Source: a cyanobacterium endosymbiont of Rhopalodia gibba | GTDB taxonomy: Bacteria; Cyanobacteriota; Cyanobacteriia; Cyanobacteriales; Microcystaceae | Length of the DNA: 64,000 nucleotides | Direction: 5' to 3' | Assembly (NCBI GenBank): GCA_045159875.1 | Contig: CP067995.1 | Coordinates: 896,001 to 960,000 of the forward strand | Shown here: positions 1 to 10,486 of the stretch, one piece after another | Layout: each line of letters opens with the position of its first letter | Numbering within the stretch: the stretch's first letter is position 1 | The notes under the pieces: model-generated | Told to the model about the DNA's origin: nothing | Databases searched by the model: none | What the model saw: the letters and a program-made list of their open reading frames with translations, nothing else | Position numbers and translations under genes: made by a program

Positions 1-902
1 AGGTAAATAGTATAAGAAACTGGATTAAAGAATGATATCATCTGGTTCTCTAGCTTTAAGTAAAATTTAAAATTAGTAGTCTTTTGTGAAGCATTTACTT
101 AAACAAAGACTGCTTTTTTTAAAAAAATTAGAGAATGTATATACGTTGGCATTCAAAATTATCTTAATTTTTTTGCTTCATGTTATTATTCTTTCTATCT
201 TTACTCAAGAGACAACAATTAGATATTACTAGTTAACTTTGCGAAAGTTAATATAATAATGGAAATAGCTGTGATTAGTATAGTCTCCCTATTAATATTC
301 ATTTAAGATATATTGACTATTACTAATCAACCCAGCAGTGAATGCTAATCACTTGAACAATGAAATTAGCAAACTTAGACAATATAGAAATGAGTCGTAT
401 CGTCAAAATTGCATTGGTATATTGAATACTCTTTAAAACAATTAAGTCTAGATTCAATTTTATCTAAGAGAAAAATAAGTTATTCTCTTAATGCGACGTA
501 CTATGAAAACGTCTAGTTTTAATACATCGCAAAAAGTATGTGCTGAAGGTAAAACTAAACACAAACTAAAAATAAACTTTTTTGCTTAACTTTTTAAGTT
601 AAAAATAAAAACCCATAGCTTTTTTTCTTAACAAGGCAAATTTATGTAATTATTCGATTTTAAAATCGTTAAATAACTACATTACAGTAACAATAATTTA
701 TATTAGCATTATCTGCTATAAGTTACAAATATCATAATAACATTTTTTGAGCTATATTTTAAATATTTCTTTTATTTTTATTCATTTTTAATTATTTTCT
801 AAAATTAGCTTTTCATTAAATAATTTAATTTATGTTTTTTTTATATTTTTCCTAGAATATCTAAGAGAAGAAGACCTCCCACAGGTAACAAATATAACAA
901 CC

Positions 903-948
903 TCTAAAAGTAACTAATACAATATATATTGTATTAGTTACTTTTAGA
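903..948. repeat. Perfect 46-bp palindrome (23-bp arms, no spacer)
   Basis: tctaaaagtaactaatacaatat|atattgtattagttacttttaga read directly. Confidence 0.95.
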
Positions 949-1826
949 AAAAATAGAATATCTTTCTAGATAATATTCTAGCATTGGTGAAATCATCACT
1001 TTAGTATTAGAGATAATTTTACCAAAAGCTTGATAGCATCCCAATACTGATTTGATCTTTCTTGACTTTAGCTAAATCAACTACTATTATTGTTACAGAT
1101 TTTTAGTAAAATTAATTTCTATTATTACCAAATAAAATAAAGCCTAAATAAAAATATTAAAAATTAGTTATTTTTAGATTATAGTTATCTCATAAGTTTT
1201 GCGAATCTTTAGTCAATTATTTTTCTGAACTAACTAAATAATTTTTAGCTTTTTTATTGATTATTTCACAAGTTAATTAATGGTATTGAGCTTAAATATT
1301 ACCGATAATATAAAAAAAAATTGTTCTGAGATAAGCAGAGCATTCTTCCATGATCCTTCTTCAGAATCAAAGTATAATTCATATTTCACTCTTTGAGTAT
1401 AATTCGATTTAGAAAAACTACAAACGGTAGATAATGTCGTCCTACATTCAGTGCCAGTATCCATGATTAGTCTAGATAATCTATATTTATTTCAAATCAT
1501 TCACATTCCTAATAAAATTTAGATTTAGAGGTTGCACTTTTAGCATAGATAAAACTTATGCCAAAAGTGATTATGTTCTAGAACATAGATCACAATAACA
1601 GCAACATCAGCCTTTAGGAAAAGTTTTCTTAAATGAATCTTCCAGATATTTATTGAATATGCTAATAGGTGTTTTATTTCAAGTTGTTAACGCTCAATCG
1701 ATTCAACCATACCACTTTTAATTAGTACAACTCCCAATTGATAATTGAGACTCAACTCAGACATAGTAAATTTTTGTTGTTTGAAATTCTTTCCTTTTCT
1801 GAAAAAAGAAACAAGTTAATTTAAAG

Positions 1827-2558
1827 TTACCAGTTATTTTCCGACCAAACTGGATGAGTAAATAAAGAAGCTGTAACCCGGACTCCTCTCAGTTGATTTA
1901 ATAGAGGAAAATGTCCTACAGGTGCGCTTAAATCCCAGGTAAACTCATTGGGATCAAACGTCCAATTATTACCTTTTTTCCAACCAATTTTTGTCCATAA
2001 TTTAGTAAAGTCTTTTCTTACAGATAGCCACAGTTTCCGTTGTACTGAGAAGCCAAATCTTCCCTCTGAATAAACCCACCACAGAGAATTAATAGTATGC
2101 CAATCAGTAGTAGGGAATTGTTCAACTTCAGTGAAATAAACCCATTTACGCTTAACTGATGCCTCTCCTGCTAATTCACATAGCTTTTTTTGTGTAACAG
2201 TATCAGCGTCTTTAAATTTTTGATTAATGAGCAAGTCCTTGAGGAGTTGATAATCAATGTTGCATTCTGACTCAAGAGGAACAACCCCATAAGGAAAATT
2301 AATTTGTAAAAATTCTTGAATTTTTGGTACTTTTACTTGGTAAAGGGCTTGATACGCCTTCCCTATTACTATATAGGGAAGGCGTATCTTCAATAACAGC
2401 AAAAATATCATTAATACTTCCCAACTTCTTTCCCCCATATTTATCAACTGGGAAATCGTCTGAAGCTGTTTTTTAGTGGACTCTACTAACAACTTACTCA
2501 CCTCTAGTGAAAAATTATCTCTTGTATTCTAAACTGCAGCGATGTTTTGCTCAGTCAT
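1827..2558 (-). CDS. gun4: GUN4 porphyrin-binding Mg-chelatase activator; possibly an incipient pseudogene (ORF open from GTG 2501; upstream in-frame ATG 2558 interrupted by TAG at 2529-2531)
   Basis: Motifs WVYFTEVEQFP, LWWVYSEGRFGFSVQRKLW, WDLSAPVGHFPLLNQLRGVRV and HPVW match cyanobacterial GUN4; upstream frame reads MTEQNIAAV*NTRDNFSLE. Confidence 0.9.
2351..2388. repeat. Perfect 16-bp inverted repeat inside gun4
   Basis: gatacgccttccctat-tactat-atagggaaggcgtatc. Confidence 0.95.
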
Positions 2559-3180
2559 GAGATTACCTGTCGACTCTTGCCTTTACTATTAATATCACTA
2601 ATTGAGATTAATTAACTTAAGGTTTAAAGTTTATCTAGATATGTATAGACAAATTTGGGCTAGAGATTAAAAGTTAGATTTATCAACTCATCGGTAATGT
2701 ACACTCTTTCTGCCTAATATCAAGAAAATACTTAGTTATTCTCTATTTTTGAGTTATTTAACTGCTGATCTTTTCTTAGATTATCAAATTAAGTTAAGAA
2801 CAATTCAAGAAAATAATAGAAAAAGATTAAGTTGATTTAAACTCTTTAGTTTGACTGACTAATTGTTAAGCTGTTGTATATTGAAAAACTGATTTGATAT
2901 GTTGACTGATTTTGGATAAAAAATTACAGATAAACTATTATCGAATAATATCAAAAGTTTAAGAAATTAAAAAAAAACAGTAAAAGCTTTAAAGAATATT
3001 AATCTTCTCTATTTCTTAAGTTTTATTGACTTATTAATTATTATTTCTGGTGGAGAGAAGATGGGGGTTATATTGATGAGGATATTCATACAGGTCTAAA
3101 TTTAACTTCGATAATCATTCTATATTCCTATGTTAAATTTATATTGTTTTAATTGGTATGGTTTAGAGTAACCATCTTGA

Positions 3181-3221
3181 ATAAGAGTTGATTTAACTGT
3201 CTTAGCTAAATCAACTCTTAT
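3181..3221. repeat. 15-bp inverted repeat, 11-nt loop
   Basis: ataagagttgattta-actgtcttagc-taaatcaactcttat. Confidence 0.9.
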
Positions 3222-3938
3222 CTTCAAATATACTTATAGCAATTTCATGAACTTTTATTTGATGCTATTTTTCTTCTATTGAATTGACTTCCGCACTATT
3301 AAGTTTGTAGAAAATATAGATAGAATTATTTTTATTACTATTATTTCAGATTTTTCTTAATTAAAGCATTTGTATGTACTGAGTAATTATCAAGAAAACT
3401 TCTAGATATTATTAATTTTTTTTATCTTTTTCTGAAAACTATGAAATAAATTTTATATATTTTAGATTTTAAGTTCTTTTTTTTTAATTTTTCAATAAGT
3501 ACCAGAATCTTTACTCCACTGAGATAATGCTTATTGAAATAAAAATTATTTTAATATTGTGTTTTGTACGCCAAAAAATATGTAGTTTTTGATTTATTTT
3601 ATTTTCTATTTTCTTCTATTTAAACATAATATTTATATTTTTTTTGAGTCTTTTAAAAAAGTTACTTAGACAGCACTTATTGTTTAATTCTACCGGATAA
3701 ATTTTTAGGTTGATTTACCTCCAGATTTTTTTAACTACCTTTTTATTTTCCACTTATTTTAAGCTTATTTACTAAACATGAATTATAATAGCTGCAAGTC
3801 TTCACTAAAAAAATTAAATTACTTACCTAGTTAATAGATAGGATAAAAATATATATCTAAGTTAAAGATTATTTTATTAATGGTTTATTTAAAACTTTAT
3901 AGATTAGTTTGATTTTGAGAATATGGTTACTATTTATC

Positions 3939-5192
3939 TTAGCTTCTTTTAGCTAATTCAAAAGCTTCTTCAATCGTTGAAATTTTTCCTTCAATATAAG
4001 CCAATTTAATCTCTGTTAACAATTCCCCAATTTTAGGACTTGGCTTTAGATTTAAGTGTTCAATTAAATCATGTCCAGTCACTAAAGGAGAAGGATGGGC
4101 TACTTGATCTTTAGGATCAAGATAACGATCAATTAAAGAGAAAATAGCCTGAGAATTTATCCGCTTCGCTAAAGTTAAAATAGCTAATACTGGAAAAACT
4201 TCTCCCACTTTTAAAAAGAAAAAATACAATTCTCTTAAGTTCATATTACCTTGATTTTTTTGTAATATAGGTAAATAATTTAGAGCTTTAGTTACAGTAC
4301 GAATATCGACACGAGGATATTTTAAATTAACTAATTCTAACTCAGCTTTGTTAGGAATAGAAGAAGCTAAAACTGCTAGTTTTGCTTGTCGAATAGTTGG
4401 AGGATAATATTCAAAATCATCTAAATAATAGTTCAAAAAATGGCGTAAGTGCTTTGGGTTTAAATTTTCCTTTAACAAAGAAACTGCCTGATCAATTTTA
4501 ATAAGTTGATCTAGTTTATCCTCAGTTAGTTGTTTAAACCAGGGAGCAAATAAACCATCTTTAGCTGCATTAATTAAATTTTCACTTCCCCGAATATTTG
4601 ATAATAAGTAATTTAATTCATTTTGCACTCTTTCTACCGCAACTTGCCCAATTAAAGGAGCTAACTTACGAATAGTTTTTCTAGTTTCATATTCAATGGT
4701 CAAATTTAATTGAGTGCTTTGACGATACCCTCGCAACAATCGTAAGGGATCATTTTGAAGATTTTTTGGGGATATCATTTTTAAAATCCCTTGTTTTAAA
4801 TCTTGTAATCCATGTAAAGGATCAATCAATTTCTGCTCATGAAAATTATAAGCAATTGCATTAATAGTAAAATCGCGCCGCTTTAAATCAATTTCTAAAC
4901 TATTTCCTTCCTGTTGAGCAAAATCTACTGTTCCTTGTTTGAATACAACCCTAGCAATTTTTCTTTTTTTATCTAAAATCACGAATCCAGCATGATAATG
5001 ACTTGCTATAGTTCTAGCAGTTTCTACCGCTAAATCTGGTAAAACAAAGTCCAAATCCAGATAATTCTTTGAACAATTAAGAAACGCATCACGAACCGCT
5101 CCCCCCACTAAACAAGCAGTTGGAGGTAGCCACTTTAAACTAAACGGTAAAGAATCTGCCAATAAATAAGTTAAACTGTTTTGCTGAATCAT
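3939..5192 (-). CDS. CC-adding tRNA nucleotidyltransferase (class II)
   Basis: [20 protein letters not shown] and DPLRLLR motifs; short segment VDFAQQEGNSLEIDL lacks the flexible loop needed for A addition. Confidence 0.85.
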   Translation of the reverse strand: MIQQNSLTYLLADSLPFSLKWLPPTACLVGGAVRDAFLNCSKNYLDLDFVLPDLAVETARTIASHYHAGFVILDKKRKIARVVFKQGTVDFAQQEGNSLEIDLKRRDFTINAIAYNFHEQKLIDPLHGLQDLKQGILKMISPKNLQNDPLRLLRGYRQSTQLNLTIEYETRKTIRKLAPLIGQVAVERVQNELNYLLSNIRGSENLINAAKDGLFAPWFKQLTEDKLDQLIKIDQAVSLLKENLNPKHLRHFLNYYLDDFEYYPPTIRQAKLAVLASSIPNKAELELVNLKYPRVDIRTVTKALNYLPILQKNQGNMNLRELYFFFLKVGEVFPVLAILTLAKRINSQAIFSLIDRYLDPKDQVAHPSPLVTGHDLIEHLNLKPSPKIGELLTEIKLAYIEGKISTIEEAFELAKRS

Positions 5193-5276
5193 TAAAAGTA
5201 ATTAAAGATAAACTTAGAAAACCGCTTATCTTAGTATTGTCTAAGACAACGAGAAGATGGATAGAAGAGAAGAGTA

Positions 5277-5527
5277 GTGTGTATTTACGTTAACTGCTAT
5301 TACACTGATCACCGTACGATCTACCATGCGGTGGAACTTAAATATGAACAACCAAAATGTTAACTAGTCATCCAACTTTTGAACTGACTGAACCAATCAT
5401 CAACGCTAACATTTGCTCTAAAAATGATTATATCGAAATGGAGTAGGGTGTGGTCGATTGTGAGAGTTTCCAAGAAAAAGTAGATAGGTGGTTAAAATTG
5501 CGTCTATGGGAACTTGTTCCAAGGTAA
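5277..5527 (+). pseudogene. ycf34: Ycf34 Fe-S protein pseudogene
   Basis: Translates VCIYVNCYYTDHRTIYHAVE..QP, frameshift, then FE.TEPIINANICSKNDYIEME*GVVDCESFQEKVDRWLKLRLWELVPR*, matching Ycf34 (MCICVNC..VDRC.TYHAVE...IEMEWDVVGC.SF..E.GKW..LRPGELVPT); Cys losses, internal stop. Confidence 0.85.
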
Positions 5528-5625
5528 ATCAGTCCATTATTGAAATATCTATATTATTTTTAATAAAGGTTGAGTTAGCGACCCTAAAAACTCCAATTGA
5601 TGATGTATTTACTGTCTACTGATTT

Positions 5626-6528
5626 ATGAAAGAACAATCAGTTATTGGAATTGATTTAGGAGGAACTGCTATCAAATTAGGGCAGTTTCTCAGAGATGGT
5701 ACCTGCTTAAAGTCTTTAACGATTGCAACGCCTCAACCATCTACTCCCAAAATAGTTCTAAGGACAATGGTAGAAGCTATTAATCAGCTTAAATTTCATC
5801 AAACCTGTCACGCTTTGGGAGTAGGAACCCCTGGTCCGGCTGATGCTCAAGGAAGAATTGCTAAAGTGGCTATTAACCTGTCTGAGTGGCAAGATGTCCC
5901 TCTTGCAAATTGGTTGGAAACAGAAACCGGACTTCCCACCACCATTGCCAATGATGCTAATTGTGCCGGGTTAGGGGAGACTTGGCTAGGAGCGGGGAAA
6001 AACTTCAAAAATCTGATTTTGCTGACTCTAGGGACTGGCGTAGGAGGAGCTATTATTCTTGATGGACGCTTGTTTACGGGTCATTTAGGAGCTGCAGGAG
6101 AATTAGGGTTGATTACCCTTGATTTTAATGGAACTTCATGTAAAAGTGGAAATCAAGGGTCGTTGGAACAATATGCTTCGGTTCAAGCGATTCGTCGAAT
6201 GACACGGAAAGAACCGATTGAATTAGGGCAGTTAGCTGCAAAAGGCGATCAAGAAGCCTTAAAGTTTTGGGAAGATTATGGTCATTTATTAGGGGCAGGA
6301 TTAGCCAGTTTAATATATATTTTAACCCCCGAAGCAGTTGTTATTGGAGGTGGAGTAAGTGCGAGTACTCCCTATTTTTTTCCAGCTACTCTCTTAGAAA
6401 TTGAACGGCGAGTTCTTCCTAGTTATAGAGCAGGATTACAGTTAATTTCGGCCAAATTGGGGAATCAAGCGGGAATGATTGGGGCCGCTAAATTAGCTTG
6501 GGAAAAGGTTGATGAACTCACAAGTTAA
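5626..6528 (+). CDS. ROK family sugar kinase (glucokinase-like)
   Basis: IGIDLGGT, NDANCAGLGE, LTLGTGVGG, AGELG and CxxGxxGSLEQY motifs. Confidence 0.9.
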   Translation: MKEQSVIGIDLGGTAIKLGQFLRDGTCLKSLTIATPQPSTPKIVLRTMVEAINQLKFHQTCHALGVGTPGPADAQGRIAKVAINLSEWQDVPLANWLETETGLPTTIANDANCAGLGETWLGAGKNFKNLILLTLGTGVGGAIILDGRLFTGHLGAAGELGLITLDFNGTSCKSGNQGSLEQYASVQAIRRMTRKEPIELGQLAAKGDQEALKFWEDYGHLLGAGLASLIYILTPEAVVIGGGVSASTPYFFPATLLEIERRVLPSYRAGLQLISAKLGNQAGMIGAAKLAWEKVDELTS

Positions 6529-7604
6529 CGCTTATTTAAAAACGTCTTTGAAAAAAAAGAAAAATCGGAATTATGATAGATAATTTGTTGATATTAGGTC
6601 CTATTTTTTTGAAGATTTTTAACTTTTTTCATGAAAATACTTAAACAAGTCTATTCCGTTATGCGTTTATTTGAACACTAAATCTAAATAATTAATTAAA
6701 GTTTCTTACTGTGACATGAAAGTCTAATGTTATTTGTTTGCAATTCTTAATTACTTTATCGCTCAGAACTTAGAAGCATTGCCCACGGGGTTGTTCGCCC
6801 TGCACAATTTAGAAAATTTTCTATGATTTTACTACCTAAATTTCACATCCACATTTTTTTGTCTTCTTAAAAACTGCAACCCAAGGCACAGTAGCTTATA
6901 GAGAATTGTTATTGTTTAACTCGACAATTATAGTAATTCAGTGATCAACATTAAAATAGGTTTATTCCCATTTTACTTAAAATTTTTTAACCATAGAAAT
7001 AACACATATTTCTTGCTTAATTAAGCATTATCAGGAAATCAAGCAAATTAGCTCTTTCAACATAGTTTGATATAGTAATGAGAAAACATAGATAAAACTG
7101 ATTTTTTGAGATAAAAAAGGAGTATATACAAGGTCTATATAAGATTAAATACTTTGTAATTTATTACTATATAAAATACTTTTTTGGAAGGATGAACAGA
7201 AATTATTTTACTTTACAAAATAGAGGAAATATAACAATTAAAACTGGTAATTTAGTGACTATACTATCTAATTTATTTTTTCATAAAATCGTAATAATAA
7301 GTTAAATCTTGATTAATGGTGTTCAAAATAATGTTATCAACAATTAGATAGTGATCATATAGCCGAACAATAATTTCAATATTGTTTAATCTCGTTGAGT
7401 TGCTACAGCAATGAAAACTCAACTTATATTAACACTAACAGACTTAAAAAGCAATTGTTTAATATTAATTTTGATGTTAACAATTAATCCTAAATCGAGA
7501 GAGGTAAAAACCTTTACATCAATCATTACTCTTGAATCTATAGGATTTAATTGGGTAATTTTAAATGAATTTTTAAAAAGTAAATTATTTTATATTTCTC
7601 TATT

Positions 7605-7649
7605 TAAAAAATATCGATAAATTTATGTTAATTTTATCGATATTTTTTA
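7605..7649. repeat. 17-bp inverted repeat, 11-nt loop
   Basis: taaaaaatatcgataaa-N11-tttatcgatatttttta. Confidence 0.85.
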
Positions 7650-8005
7650 TATGACCTTTTTTGATAAAGACAGTGATACCGAACTAATGATATTACATCC
7701 GATAGCTATACCTTGCTAAAAAATTAAGGATTTGACTCATTTTTATTGGTTGGATTATTGCTTTTTTTGATTTGACTGAGAATATTATGCTGATTCAGCA
7801 AGACTTCTTGCATTTTACCAATTATTTTAAAAAACTAATGGACTCAAGGCTAATGTACTAACGTACATATTAAATTAGACAATTACAGATAGGAGAAATT
7901 AGTGTTTTAGTTCCCGTCGGATATACTTACTGTGCCGAAGCATTTACTGATGCTTTAAGTCTCTGGGTTGGATGTTAATTCTTGTGCACAAAGAACCTCT
8001 CATAT

Positions 8006-9139
8006 TTAGTTCAAAAATCGATTAGGAGATCGATAAAAAGGCTTTTTAACAACTTTTGTCGGATATAATTTACCCCGAACTTCTATCTCAAGAGTGCTTC
8101 CCACTTTACTTAAAACACGAGGAACATAGGCGAGAGCGATAGCTTTTTCTAAGGTGGGGGATAAAGTTCCACTGGTGACTTCCCCAACCTTGTTACCGTC
8201 TGAAAATACTGAGTAACCGTGACGAGCAATATGTCGTCCTTCCATCTGTAAACCTACCAGACGATGGTTAACTTTTTGGACTTTTTGTTGCTCTAAGATC
8301 TTCCGTCCGATGAATTCTCTTTTAGAATCAAGATGGACCAGCCATGCCAAGCCAGCTTCTAGGGGAGTCGTGTCATCCCCAATATCCTGTCCATACAGAG
8401 ACATAGCCGCTTCTAACCGGAGAGTATCCCTAGCTCCTAATCCACAGGGAATAACACCAGTTTGACATAGTGATTGCCAAAGTTTTTGTCCTGTCTCGGG
8501 ATCAACCATCACTTCAAAGCCATCTTCCCCCGTATAACCTGTGCGCGCAATAAAGGCAGATTTTCCTAAAACCGTTCCTTTTAGGTGTCCAAAAAACTTG
8601 AGTTGACTAAGATCTTCTTTCACTAAGGGCTGTAATTTTAAAATAGATCGAGGACCTTGAATAGCAATTAAAACATTTTCTCGGGATAAATCTTTAAAAG
8701 TAATTGTTTTTATATCTAAATGTTCTAAAAACCAGGTCTTGTCTTTCTGGGTTGTCCCTGCATTCACAATAATAATGACTTTTTCTTTTCCAGTTTCCGT
8801 TATTCCCTGATAATATATAATAATGTCGTCAACAATGCCCCCTTGTGGGTTTAGAAGTACCGTATATTGAGCTTGTCCTTGTTGTAACCGTTCTAAATCT
8901 GAAGGGACTAGGGACTGTAGTGATGAGAGTAATTGTGGTCCTTGGAGAGCAAATTTTCCCATATGGGAGATATCAAATACCCCAGCATCAGTTCGGACTG
9001 CTTGATGTTCAAGCTTAAGCCCCACAAATTGAACCGGCATTTCCCACCCAGAAAATTCTGTTAGTTTAGCCTTTTGTTCAATGAACAGACTATATAGAGG
9101 GGTACGTAGGAGGTCAACACAAGGGTCTGATTTAGTCAC
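8006..9139 (-). CDS. gcvT: Glycine cleavage system aminomethyltransferase T
   Basis: RTPLY, FSGWEMPVQF, FDISHMG, RTGYTGEDGFE and GLGARDTLRLEA motifs; likely GTG start at 9139 rather than 9190. Confidence 0.95.
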   Translation of the reverse strand: MTKSDPCVDLLRTPLYSLFIEQKAKLTEFSGWEMPVQFVGLKLEHQAVRTDAGVFDISHMGKFALQGPQLLSSLQSLVPSDLERLQQGQAQYTVLLNPQGGIVDDIIIYYQGITETGKEKVIIIVNAGTTQKDKTWFLEHLDIKTITFKDLSRENVLIAIQGPRSILKLQPLVKEDLSQLKFFGHLKGTVLGKSAFIARTGYTGEDGFEVMVDPETGQKLWQSLCQTGVIPCGLGARDTLRLEAAMSLYGQDIGDDTTPLEAGLAWLVHLDSKREFIGRKILEQQKVQKVNHRLVGLQMEGRHIARHGYSVFSDGNKVGEVTSGTLSPTLEKAIALAYVPRVLSKVGSTLEIEVRGKLYPTKVVKKPFYRSPNRFLN

Positions 9140-9319
9140 GATTCTATAAAAAATGAAGATGTAGAGGCCATTATTATAACCGAATTCCACTGGTATTCTT
9201 CATTAGAGGATTCAAAGAATGGGAAACATCCTCCTGAAATTACTTTGAATGTATAGAGAAAAGAGTGAGAATTCCAATACTGTTAGCTACGATGATGAAG
9301 ACATGTTAAACAACAATCT

Positions 9320-10350
9320 GATTTGCTAACTTTCTGCAGTTTGACCCAAGAGTACACGCTGAGAAGTATTTAGCAAAACTAATCTTTTCCCCTGAGATTT
9401 GAATAGATTCCTCCAAACAGAATTCGAACAATATTCTTCCCTAATTTGTTCAACTCTCTTGCATAAATTGTTAGTGTAGCAGGCATTTAGAAGAAATTCT
9501 CCCCAATGAGCAGTTCAACTAAAGTCCTCACGGCAGGAGAATGTGACTAATAACGATTGTGCAGTTTTTTCCAGTTAGTTTAGATCTGATAAAATTAAGT
9601 GAAGAGACTATTAACCAATATTATACTATGATGTAATCATGGATTACAGATAAGTTTGGTCATATTACAGCCATTATTATGGTCAGGTAAAAAATAGGCA
9701 TCTGTACTATCAAAATGTTTTTCCTTGTCAAGATTAAAAAACATTCTTTGAAAGGAACAATACAGGAAGGAAATTGTGGTAATAAGTCTAAGCAAACACC
9801 ACAAGCGTGGGCCACGTTGCCATTTAAATATCTTGTCTTGTCAATTGATGCTTGATGTATGAGAACGCAAGAAACTTAAAATTCTCTGTCCTAATCCTAG
9901 GAAAAAAAACGATGACGGCACACTCCTTCCCTGAACAAAAGACTAACAAAATGTGCTTTAAACAGAATATTTTTTTGGCTGACGGTAATAGAAAAATGTA
10001 TCTGCATCCTTAAGGACTCAATCAGGTCATGAATAAATCTTCCCCTTGGTAGATGACCTGCTGGTAGTAATTCAATAGTTAGATTTTTGAATAGTCTAAT
10101 CGGCAATTACCGGATAAAACAGCCTATATTAGTTGAATAAAGAGCATAAATTAGAGATTCCGTCTTTATGAACTCTTTCAGTCAGCCGTCTTAATAGGAA
10201 AGGAAATATAAGGGTTAGAACAAAAATTTGCTGGGGAAGTCCTTTGTCCTCGTCCTTAAATCTATCCAAAGTCCTTTAGTGAGCCGATCCATTACCATGG
10301 TAGTCATCAGAGTCATAAAATCCATTTTTTGTCCCGAAAAAGAGGCTCGA
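9320..10350 (-). pseudogene. Decayed MBL-fold beta-CASP metallo-hydrolase (cyanobacterial RNA-processing exonuclease-like)
   Basis: Ordered fragments ELLPAGHLP, LGLGQRILSFLRSH, NGNVAHACGVCLDLLPQFPS, HNRY*SHSPAVRTLVELLIGE and QGKRLVLLNTSQRVLL, with stops, frameshifts and deletions; boundaries approximate. Confidence 0.7.
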
Positions 10351-10486
10351 AACAATAAATAAACCGGTTAAAATTGCTAGAACTAATTTAACATCCATAA
10401 TATCTTGAGTGGCTTTTCACTTTAATATTAGACAATAAACAGTATAGCTGTTGATGTTTTTGATGCCTTCAAAAGTGATAACTTTC

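Noticed and set aside
1273..1464. 63-aa ORF, and similar AT-rich ORFs at 7411, 16691, 35441, 41425, 42988 and 43574
   Set aside because: Low-complexity I/F/K/L-rich translations expected by chance or derived from pseudogene debris.
6770..6830. HGVVRPAQ resembling the NdhN motif HGVRPAH
   Set aside because: The match is too short and the flanking sequence does not align.
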